DNA from: an uncultured candidate division Zixibacteria bacterium
GTDB taxonomy: Bacteria > Zixibacteria > MSB-5A5 > UBA10806 > 4484-95
Direction: 5' to 3'
Assembly: GCA_963668625.2 (NCBI GenBank)
Contig: CAXXKA010000001.1
Coordinates: 612,582 to 676,581, forward strand
Length of the DNA: 64,000 nt
Positions within the stretch are counted from its first letter, which is position 1. Each line of letters starts with the position of its first letter. Below the pieces are notes generated by a model. The model worked only from the letters and a program-made list of their open reading frames with translations, was not told where the DNA came from and did not search any database. The position numbers and the translations under genes are program-made. Below are positions 9,958 through 18,158 of this stretch, piece by piece.

Positions 9958-10332
9958 GCGGAAATGATCGTTGCTTAACAAAATATCTATTTTAATCCTG
10001 AAGGTCTAAGTCACCTGTCATTGGCTTGAAAATACTGATTCAGAAGCTAAACGTATTCTATAAACCTTGTTTTGATATAGTCATGGCGATAAAATCAAAT
10101 CGAAACGGAGTTTCTTGAATGCCGGCATACCGAACGGAGCGATTGTTGAAACAGCTTTTCATGAGTCGCTGGGCGGACGAAGTCTTTTGTTTATCCTTTC
10201 CCGACGATATACTGCATGTATGCAGCAGGAAGAAAGTAACTATGTTATCAAAAGCTTGAGCCTCAGTCATTCGGATTGTATTGTTATTTTGACAAACATT
10301 CAACAATCAACACGAACAAACAGGAGGCTCAA

Positions 10333-11391
10333 ATGCCATGTTACAACAAAATCGAGCGTGAAGCCAACACTATTTACGTTGGTATTGACGTTCATAAGCG
10401 GAGTTGGCATGTAACAATGCGAACAACTGAGCAAGAGTTATGGAAAGGCAGTATTGCAGCTGATTGGGAAGTATTGAAAAAAGTATTGGGGCGTTATTCC
10501 GATTGTGACATTTCGGTAGTTTACGAAGCCGGTTTTAGTGGTTTCTGGTTATATGACAAACTGGTAGCCTGGGGAGCGTCATGTATAGTGACTCCGCCGA
10601 GTTTGATTCCTTCTGAATACGGCAATCGGGTCAAAACTGATCGCCTCGACAGTGCCAAGCTTGCTTTACTACTTTCCCGTAGTATGCTCAAGGCAGTATG
10701 GGTACCTGATGTCGAAGCGCGTGGTCATCGCCAGGTATTGCGTCGCCGTCGCCAGTTGGTCAGCGACCGGGTCCGTATTCAATGCCGTATCAAGAGTGAG
10801 TTAGCCTGTTTCGGTCTATCTCTGCCGACAATTAGCGGCAAGTGGACGGAGACATTCGAACAGCATTTATGGCAGTTGCGTTTTAGTGATCGCTGGCAGA
10901 CAGAGAGTTTTCAGAGGTTACTGACACAGTATCGGCTGGTGAGTGAATTGATTACTCAACAGACACGGTTATTGAAAGAATTGTCAAAACTGGATCGTTA
11001 TCGGGAAGCGGTTGAGCGTCTACGTAGTGTTCCGGGCATCGGCTTGTTAACGGCGATGGAACTATTATTGGAGTTAGGGGACTTCAGCCGATTTAGTCGA
11101 GGAAGCCAATTGGCCGCCTACGTGGGCTTGACTCCAAGCCAATATTCCTCCGGTGACAAGGTTCGACTAGGACGAATCACCAGGATCGGCAAACCGCAGT
11201 TACGGTCGAATCTGATCGAAGCCTCCTGGATTTTGATCAGGAAGGATCCGGCCCAGGCTCAGCGTTATCAACAGCTCAAGTGGCGGTGTGGTTCCAAACG
11301 AGCCATTGTGGCCAGTGCCCGCCGTCTACTGTTAATCGTACGGCGTCTGATGCTTGACCATCAGAGCTATCGAATCCAAACCGCAGCATAA
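10333..11391 (+). CDS. IS110-family DEDD recombinase/transposase
   Basis: VGIDVHK, VYEAG, KTDRLD (RuvC-like DEDD), SVPGIG and GLTPSQYSSG (catalytic Ser); SD AGGAGG before ATG 10333. Confidence 0.96.
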   Translation: MPCYNKIEREANTIYVGIDVHKRSWHVTMRTTEQELWKGSIAADWEVLKKVLGRYSDCDISVVYEAGFSGFWLYDKLVAWGASCIVTPPSLIPSEYGNRVKTDRLDSAKLALLLSRSMLKAVWVPDVEARGHRQVLRRRRQLVSDRVRIQCRIKSELACFGLSLPTISGKWTETFEQHLWQLRFSDRWQTESFQRLLTQYRLVSELITQQTRLLKELSKLDRYREAVERLRSVPGIGLLTAMELLLELGDFSRFSRGSQLAAYVGLTPSQYSSGDKVRLGRITRIGKPQLRSNLIEASWILIRKDPAQAQRYQQLKWRCGSKRAIVASARRLLLIVRRLMLDHQSYRIQTAA

Positions 11392-11420
11392 AAAAGAGAT
11401 AATTAGTTTACAATATCTGA

Positions 11421-11565
11421 GTTTGGAGAATGGCGAAGGAATCCTTGTGGCTTAACAACAGACCGCGCAGGAAAGGGTGTTATCTCCCCTGGTAATAATC
11501 TCGGATTGATTAATTGTGGCTGTGTTTGAGGGCCAGACCACGAATAGCAGGGTGACTATTATCGG
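11421..11565 (+). ncRNA. Predicted bridge/seek RNA of the IS110 element (target- and donor-binding loops)
   Basis: Two repeated modules TTGTGGCT-x-CAGACC(G/A)CG-[8 nt ending AG]-GGTG, each closed by an outer stem; guides match the reconstructed target and donor junctions. Confidence 0.75.
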
Positions 11566-11767
11566 CAATGTCTAACAGTGGCAGCATGTTGTAGTTTAAA
11601 CATGGGTATTCTGCGTTTTATTAAGAAAAGGAGAAATCGATATAACAATACTAACCGAACAATATCACTTGACATGATACATAGCAGGATTCCTACCACC
11701 TCAGCGAAATCGAAACGGAGTTTCTTAATACTGGCCTTACCAGGCGGAGTATTTTAACGAGATTAAC

Positions 11768-11797
11768 ATCATGCCGGGCTGTTACACCCGGCATGAT
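11768..11797. terminator. Hairpin terminator after the S8 protease gene
   Basis: Perfect 11-bp stem ATCATGCCGGG/CCCGGCATGAT. Confidence 0.65.
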
Positions 11798-11808
11798 TAT
11801 TAGATATG

Positions 11809-13335
11809 CTACTGAATGGTATAAGAATCGCTTGTCTCGTGGTTGGAGGCGGAATTGTAATACCAGCCGTCTTTGGTGACATCGGTAACAGTAGCCGTGA
11901 ATGACATCCCGCGCGATGCGCCGGAAATCCCGAAAGTAACCGTACCGCTAGCGTTTGTATATCCGCTGAAATAGTAATTGGAACCGCCGTGGTGGTATAA
12001 TGTCATATCTACATAGGCGTTACTGACCGGGGTGGAATGATCCTCAGTGTGAATATTAACGTAAATATACAAAATGTAGTACCATCCCCAGCGTTGCTGG
12101 CTGAACGATATAGAGTTGACATGCATCGTATCGGCGCCGGCGCCACCGCCGCCGTAATCATCACCGTTGGTTGTGCCGAGCGTAGCGTTTTCGGCATCCA
12201 CCAGGCCGTACCCCTGCTGGGTAGCGGGCAGGCTGATATCCTCGGCGGTGTTATGCAGCAGTGTTCTGATTTGTACATTGGTATAGCCTGAATGAGCCTC
12301 CCAGGCCAGCGCGGCCGAACCGGCTACCATCGGGCAGGCCATGGAGGTGCCGCTTAAGGTAGCGTAGGTGTTTCCGGCATAGGTAGAGTAGATACTCGAT
12401 CCGGGAGCAATTAGCTCGATTTCATTGCCGTAATCGGAGTAGTCAGCTATATCATCGGATGAGGTCGAGGCCGAAATGGCCATCACCGAGGTTAAGGCGG
12501 CAGGGTAATCGACAGCTGAACCGTAGCCGTTTCCGGCGGCAGCCACCAGGAGTATGCCCTCATCATAGCAATCCTCCATCGCCACATCCTCAGCATATGA
12601 ATAGCCGCCCCCATAGCTCATGGAGATAACTTTGATATTGTTGTAAGGATCGGCATCGTAATGCGTATCGATACACCAGTCGGCTGCCTCGAGAATATAG
12701 TTCAGGTAAGGATCACTATAGCCTACGCGTAAAGCCCAGAGATCAGCCTCGGGCGCGACACCGACAACACCGATAGCGTTGTCATCCGCGCCGATAATAC
12801 CGGCGCAATGCGTGCCGTGACCACTGGCATCATCCCAGGCAGTCGTGTCGGCGGTATAGAAATTATATCCACCGGCCCAGGTCAAATCGGGGTGATCCTG
12901 ATCGCCGCCCGAATCGATAATCGCGACATCGATACCATCCCCGGTATATGCAGAATTATCATGCACGTACTCGGCATCGATTCTATCGACTCCCCAATCC
13001 AGGGTTTGGACGTTAAAGCGACGGATCATGTTCTCTTCGACGAATTTAATCCCTGGTTTTGAGGTCAGGGTGGATACGGCATCCTGGGGAATAGAGGCGA
13101 ACACGATTGGGAAATGTTTGTATTGATGTTTTACTTTACCGTTAACCGCCGCGATAGAACTGGTAGCCCCCTTTTCCTCAATGCCGATTAAGACATTAAC
13201 TTGCCCCGGTTCGACCGCGTGCTTCATTATGTAATCATTATTGCTTTCCGTATCGGTGGGCATATCTTTCGAACAACTAAAGACCATCATGAGGACGGCC
13301 AGCCCAGCCAGTAACAATAAAAGTTTGTTTCTCAT
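11809..13335 (-). CDS. Subtilisin-like S8 serine protease lipoprotein (I9 propeptide, C-terminal beta domain)
   Basis: Lipobox VFS-C; catalytic triad IIDSG, HGTHCAG and GTSMACP. Confidence 0.95.
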   Translation of the reverse strand: MRNKLLLLLAGLAVLMMVFSCSKDMPTDTESNNDYIMKHAVEPGQVNVLIGIEEKGATSSIAAVNGKVKHQYKHFPIVFASIPQDAVSTLTSKPGIKFVEENMIRRFNVQTLDWGVDRIDAEYVHDNSAYTGDGIDVAIIDSGGDQDHPDLTWAGGYNFYTADTTAWDDASGHGTHCAGIIGADDNAIGVVGVAPEADLWALRVGYSDPYLNYILEAADWCIDTHYDADPYNNIKVISMSYGGGYSYAEDVAMEDCYDEGILLVAAAGNGYGSAVDYPAALTSVMAISASTSSDDIADYSDYGNEIELIAPGSSIYSTYAGNTYATLSGTSMACPMVAGSAALAWEAHSGYTNVQIRTLLHNTAEDISLPATQQGYGLVDAENATLGTTNGDDYGGGGAGADTMHVNSISFSQQRWGWYYILYIYVNIHTEDHSTPVSNAYVDMTLYHHGGSNYYFSGYTNASGTVTFGISGASRGMSFTATVTDVTKDGWYYNSASNHETSDSYTIQ

Positions 13336-13693
13336 TCTCCCGCGCTCCTTTGTTTAAAATTTGGCGAAAATTACAGGGTTTTATCCTCTCATAAACCTCC
13401 TTTTGATGGTAAGTCAATAAACCTGTACAACTTATATTGCCATGACGGCATATTTATAGCCCTGCGATTTTTACAATGATGCTGTATTCGTGATGGTGAA
13501 ATTTATTGAATGAAAATATAATACTAAAATTATCCCAAAACAAGGAAAAAATTACCGTATTACTATGTTTGACATCATCTTAATAGGATACATTTAAATT
13601 AATAGTAAAAATGATCCGAAATACAGTTGAATTGTTATATTCATGTTCCGTGTTAATTTACAGGCTTAGACAGATATAGGAAGGAGAGAAGTT

Positions 13694-14791
13694 ATGAAAT
13701 TTATAGCGCCTTTTTGTATATTGCTGTTAGTTACATTAAATTCAACCGCCAAAGCGCAATTATTGCAATACCCCGAAAGCGTCGTTTATGATCAGGCTAA
13801 TAATCGCTATCTGGTATCCAACTGGGATAGTGGACATTTGGTGCAAATAGATAGCCTCGGGGAACAAAGCTATTTCGTACCCTCGGCCCAATGCTATGCC
13901 GGATTGTGGATTGTCGGGGACGAGGTGTACGCCGCCGCGAAAAGTCAGGGAGTAAGAGGCTACAATCTTTTTACCGGCGAGCAGGTAATGAACCTGGCCA
14001 TCCCCGGGACGCTACTGTTAAATGATATCGTTTCGGATGATACTGGCAACCTCTATCTTTCGGATCCACAGGCTCATAAGATTATCAGGGTTAATATCTC
14101 TACACACGAAATATCGACGTTTGTAGAAAGCGGTATCAATGTGCCTAACGGCTTGTGTTTTGATCGGGCACATAATCGGTTGATAGTGGTTTCATCTCGT
14201 GCCAACTCACCTGTTCAGGCAATCAGCCTCGAGGATTCCTCGGTTACGACGATTATCAACACCACCATAGATATCATGGATGGAATAACGCGGGATGAGA
14301 CCGGCAACTATTATATATCGAACTGGGGCGACAGCAGAGTTTATCGCTACGATAGTTTGTTTACTATACCACCGGAGGTGTTTTCTACTCATGATGAGCA
14401 GCCAGCCGATATTTTCTATAACAGAACAAACAGTATGCTGGCGGTGCCAATATTTTACAACCATCGCGTTGATTTCATTGATGTTACGCAGTCTGGGATT
14501 GCCTATGATGATTCTCATCCGTTACCTGCAGCCAGCATATTAAACCAAAATTACCCCAATCCGTTCAATACCGAAACCAGCATCAGTTTTTCACTGAGCG
14601 TACCCGGTCATGTCAATCTCGATATCTACGACATACTCGGAAGAAAGGTTACCACTCTTGTTAGTCAATATAAACCGGCAGGCGAATATACTATCAACTG
14701 GCAGGCGGAAAATTATGTTACTGGGATATATATGGCCAGACTCAGTACCTGTAATAATACGCAAAGTATAAATCTGTCATTACTAAAATAA
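13694..14791 (+). CDS. Secreted SMP-30/gluconolactonase-like beta-propeller with T9SS-type C-terminal sorting domain
   Basis: Signal peptide; PES, LND, PNG, DGI and PADI blade motifs; QNYPNPFN...IYDILGRKV domain. Confidence 0.85.
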   Translation: MKFIAPFCILLLVTLNSTAKAQLLQYPESVVYDQANNRYLVSNWDSGHLVQIDSLGEQSYFVPSAQCYAGLWIVGDEVYAAAKSQGVRGYNLFTGEQVMNLAIPGTLLLNDIVSDDTGNLYLSDPQAHKIIRVNISTHEISTFVESGINVPNGLCFDRAHNRLIVVSSRANSPVQAISLEDSSVTTIINTTIDIMDGITRDETGNYYISNWGDSRVYRYDSLFTIPPEVFSTHDEQPADIFYNRTNSMLAVPIFYNHRVDFIDVTQSGIAYDDSHPLPAASILNQNYPNPFNTETSISFSLSVPGHVNLDIYDILGRKVTTLVSQYKPAGEYTINWQAENYVTGIYMARLSTCNNTQSINLSLLK

Positions 14792-14794
14792 TAT
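14708..14794 (+). repeat. 87-bp direct repeat, copy 1 (3' end of the CTD gene); copy 2 at 15030-15116
   Basis: 83/87 nt identical. Confidence 0.9.
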
Positions 14795-15034
14795 CACTAG
14801 TGTCCGGTGTTTTTCGTTAAATTTTAAATTTCTCCTTGGAATTGTTAATGAAAAATATTTTCCGATATAATTATTTTATTCAGCGTATCATTCATCCTGA
14901 CATATCCTGCCGATGTTAGGCTTGGTTTTCTGGTTTCCAAGCGCTGCTTGGAAACCTTCTTGAATCATGTAGAATGCGCATTCTGCCGGCAAACAAGCCA
15001 CGTTGCGAAGCAGCGCTTCGCAACGAGATGAAAA
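14795..15034 (-). mobile_element. Second MITE copy, inverted, missing one TIR
   Basis: Reverse complement of 595-834; ends at GATGAAAA and lacks the terminal GACCGGACACTAGTG. Confidence 0.9.
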
Positions 15035-15116
15035 TTATATTACTGGGATATACATGGCCAGACTCAGGACCTGTAATAATACGCAAAGTATAAATCTGTC
15101 ATTATTAAAATAATAT
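15030..15116 (+). repeat. 87-bp direct repeat, copy 2 (orphan CTD gene tail)
   Basis: Matches 14708-14794 with 4 substitutions; GAAAA microhomology at the MITE junction. Confidence 0.9.
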
Positions 15117-15221
15117 ATTTTTCAATTTAATTTTCAAAATATAAAACTATAGCCTTCGCATTTACGTATAGAATATATCAACCGCCGATTTGTGCTATTA
15201 AACATAAAAAGGAGGAATTTT

Positions 15222-16433
15222 ATGCGTAATATTATGCTTACGTTTATCGTTATTCTTATGACCGTAGTTATTTCTTCAGCAACAATCATTCATGTTCCCT
15301 CGGAATACTCGACCATTCAAGAAGCACTTGATGTCTCGTTTATCGATGATACCGTTATGGTGGCTGCAGGTACTTATTATGAAAATATTATCTGGCCGTT
15401 TTTTAATGGGATAAAATTGCTTGGTGAAAATAGGGATATTACAATCATTGATGGTGGCGGATTGGCCAGTGTAATTCGTTTCGATGAGCCATATGTTATC
15501 GACACTGCAACCGCAATTCGTGGGTTTACTATTACGAATGGCAGCGCCCAATCGGCCTGGCCGCAGTCGCTGGGCGGGGGAATATGTATATACAACGCCA
15601 GTCCGATCCTGGAACAACTTAATATTGTTGGCAACTCCGCGGATGAATCCGGCGGAGGAATCTTTATCCGGGGGCCTGGCTCCGAGCCGATAATAAGAAA
15701 TACATTGATATATGATAACACCGCGACTTCCTGTGGTGGGTTGGATTGTAGCGGAGGATCGGCGTTATTCGATCATGTCACGGTTGTCGGTAACGATCCC
15801 GGTGGGATGTATTTCGATACAAGAGGCTACCCTCAAGTTAATAATTCCATTATTTCCTCTAACTCTATCTTTGATATCCGCATACGCGGCACCTCGCTTG
15901 AGCCAACTACCATAGCCATGGGCTTTAATGATATAACCGGTGATATTCAATTGATCCATTACGGCATTATAGACTACCAGGGTGTATTAATTAATGATGA
16001 TCCGCTTTTCGTTGATTCTGAGGATGGTGATTTTCATCTGACTGTCGATTCACCCTGTATCGATGCCGGTGATCCTGATGATCCATACGATCCTGATGCT
16101 ACGATAACTGATTTGGGAGCGTTTTATTTCAACCAGCAAACATCAATTGAGAATATTATAGCACTGCCTGAGGAAATTAGCATTCTGCAGAACTATCCTA
16201 ATCCATTCAACGTAGCCACAACTATCAGTTTAACGATACCCGAAACGCAGCAGGTGCGAATAGATATTTACGATGTACTTGGCCGTCAGGTTGGCTTGCT
16301 TGTTGATGATATCATGCAGGCGGGGGATTACAATTTAAAATGGCAAGCTGAGGATTATGTCTCCGGGGTTTATTTTGCCAGGTTGAAGACCGGCGGCCAA
16401 TCGAATATAATCAGGATGGCTTTAATTAAATAG
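15222..16433 (+). CDS. Secreted right-handed beta-helix protein with T9SS-type CTD
   Basis: Signal peptide; TIQEA...DTV-VAAGTYYENI, GGG repeats, DFHL-SPCIDAG and QNYPNPFN; SD AGGAGG. Confidence 0.85.
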   Translation: MRNIMLTFIVILMTVVISSATIIHVPSEYSTIQEALDVSFIDDTVMVAAGTYYENIIWPFFNGIKLLGENRDITIIDGGGLASVIRFDEPYVIDTATAIRGFTITNGSAQSAWPQSLGGGICIYNASPILEQLNIVGNSADESGGGIFIRGPGSEPIIRNTLIYDNTATSCGGLDCSGGSALFDHVTVVGNDPGGMYFDTRGYPQVNNSIISSNSIFDIRIRGTSLEPTTIAMGFNDITGDIQLIHYGIIDYQGVLINDDPLFVDSEDGDFHLTVDSPCIDAGDPDDPYDPDATITDLGAFYFNQQTSIENIIALPEEISILQNYPNPFNVATTISLTIPETQQVRIDIYDVLGRQVGLLVDDIMQAGDYNLKWQAEDYVSGVYFARLKTGGQSNIIRMALIK

Positions 16434-16582
16434 CAGGTGCATCTTACTTGACATATTGTAAGGGGAGAGCTTGTCTCTGCCCGGGTTTGGCTGACATCGG
16501 CGGATAATCTATTATATTTAAGTATATGGATGTTCTATAACCTGAGGACATTACCAACTCCGGCCTTTCAGGCATTTTCCGC

Positions 16583-16670
16583 TTGACAAATGCGGCAGAC
16601 TTTATTAATAACAAGCCCAATATGTGTTCCGGATAGGCAAATAATACAGCCCGGCATGGGCTTTTTTTTT
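16583..16670 (+). promoter_or_regulatory. pyr promoter and PyrR-type attenuator
   Basis: TTGACA at 16583; TCCGGATAGGC (16628-38) resembles the PyrR site UCCNGNGAGGY; hairpin AGCCC/GGGCT followed by a T-run. Confidence 0.65.
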
Positions 16671-16680
16671 AGGATTTTTT

Positions 16681-17229
16681 ATGCCTCTGACAACAATAAT
16701 GGACAATAAGGGAATAGCCCGCTCGCTCGAGCGAATCGCTTATGAGATTTTGGAAAGCAACCAGGGAGCCGAGAAACTTGGGATTATCGGCATACGAACC
16801 AGGGGAGCATTTTTAGCCGAGCGACTGGTGAAACTGATAAAGCGAATCGAGAAAGTAGCCGTGCCCGTGGGGGCGGTTGATATTACCATGTATAGGGATG
16901 ATGTTCAGATCCGGCTCGAACAGCCGATTATCCAGCAAACAGATATCGAGTTTTCCATAGATGATATGAATCTGGTGCTGGTTGATGATGTTCTTTATAC
17001 CGGTAGAACCGTCCGGGCCGCCTTAAACGAGATATCGGATTACGGCCGTCCCAAGCGTATACAACTGGCGGTACTGGTAGACAGGGGACATCGCGAATTG
17101 CCGATACGCGCCGATTTCGTAGGCCTTCAATTGCAAACATTCCAGGATGAGAATGTTACGGTTAATGTTACCGAAAAAGATGATGAGGATAGTGTAGTAC
17201 TTCAACAGGCAGATGGAGGGCAGGGGTGA
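16681..17229 (+). CDS. pyrR: Pyrimidine operon attenuation protein / uracil PRTase
   Basis: GIRTRG, DITMYRDD, LVDDVLYTGRT and DRGHRELPIRADFVG motifs. Confidence 0.97.
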   Translation: MPLTTIMDNKGIARSLERIAYEILESNQGAEKLGIIGIRTRGAFLAERLVKLIKRIEKVAVPVGAVDITMYRDDVQIRLEQPIIQQTDIEFSIDDMNLVLVDDVLYTGRTVRAALNEISDYGRPKRIQLAVLVDRGHRELPIRADFVGLQLQTFQDENVTVNVTEKDDEDSVVLQQADGGQG

Positions 17230-18158
17230 AATTAAAGTCGCCTCATTTAATCGGGCTGGAGCATGTTCCGGCAGATGAAATTAATCTCATACTCGACACG
17301 GCGGTTACTCTGAAAGAGATACTGGATCGGCCCATAAAGAAAGTCCCGACATTAAGGCATATAACGGTATTAAACCTGTTTTTCGAACCCTCAACCAGGA
17401 CGAAGATCTCATTCGAGCTGGCCGAGAAAAGGCTCTCCGCCGACTCAATCGGTTTTGCTAAGGCCTCATCCTCGGTTGTTAAGGGGGAGACATTGCTGGA
17501 TACGATCTGGAATATCGAGGCGATGAAAATCGACATGATCGTAATGCGTCACGGGGTTTCCGGTTCGCCGCTTTTTGTCTCGCAAAACTGCGATTCCAAA
17601 GTGATTAATGCCGGTGATGGCACCCATGAGCACCCGACACAGGGACTCCTGGATATTTTTACCATGCGCGAGAAATATGGCAGCTTGAAAGATTTACGAG
17701 TTGTTCTTGTTGGCGATATCAAGCATTCCCGGGTTGCTCGTTCCAATATCTGGGGCTTAAAACATCTGGGTGCGAACGTAGCGATCTGTGGGCCATCTAC
17801 GCTGTTACCGTTCGAGGTGGAGATGATGGGTGTTGATGTTTACACGCGTATCGAGGAAGCGCTTGATGGCGCGGATGTCGTAAATATTCTACGTCTGCAG
17901 AAAGAACGGCAATCTTCCGGGCTTTTACCCTCACTTCGCGAATACTCCAACCTGTTTTGTGTCACTAAAGACAGGCTTAAATTGATGAACAAGAATTTCA
18001 CGGTGATGCATCCCGGGCCGATGAATCGCGGCGTGGAGATTGCCTCGGAGGTAGCTGATGGCGAGGATTCGGTGATATTACCACAGGTAACCAACGGGGT
18101 CGCTGTCAGGATGGCGGTTTTATATCTGCTTAGTGGAGGAGTTGGCAAAATTGAGTGA
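17226..18158 (+). CDS. pyrB: Aspartate carbamoyltransferase catalytic subunit
   Basis: FFEPSTRT, NAGDG-HEHPTQ, HSRVARSN, RLQKER and MHPGP motifs. Confidence 0.98.
   Translation: MKLKSPHLIGLEHVPADEINLILDTAVTLKEILDRPIKKVPTLRHITVLNLFFEPSTRTKISFELAEKRLSADSIGFAKASSSVVKGETLLDTIWNIEAMKIDMIVMRHGVSGSPLFVSQNCDSKVINAGDGTHEHPTQGLLDIFTMREKYGSLKDLRVVLVGDIKHSRVARSNIWGLKHLGANVAICGPSTLLPFEVEMMGVDVYTRIEEALDGADVVNILRLQKERQSSGLLPSLREYSNLFCVTKDRLKLMNKNFTVMHPGPMNRGVEIASEVADGEDSVILPQVTNGVAVRMAVLYLLSGGVGKIE

Larger units (their letters stand above)
10237..11687 (+). mobile_element. IS110-family insertion sequence, IS1111-type architecture
   Basis: AG core at 10235-36 and 11686-87; sub-terminal IRs CTATGTTATCA (10240-50) and TGATACATAG (11675-84); joined ends give TTGACA-17-TATGTT; long 3' non-coding end. 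Confidence 0.85.

Noticed and set aside
10193-10230. Alternative IS110 left boundaries: AT core at 10193 (TTGACA-17-TATACT), GAT core at 10206, or shared AGCAGGA at 10224
   Set aside because: Only the AG core at 10235-36 simultaneously explains the sub-terminal IR, a 17-bp promoter spacer and both guides ending in AG. The others satisfy at most one criterion.
10276-10332. N-terminal extension of the transposase ORF in the track
   Set aside because: TTG start with no SD; AGGAGG precedes the ATG at 10333.
13444-13463. GG-N10-GC on both strands between the S8 and propeller genes
   Set aside because: Poor match to the TGGCAC/TTGC flanks; insufficient for a sigma-54 call.
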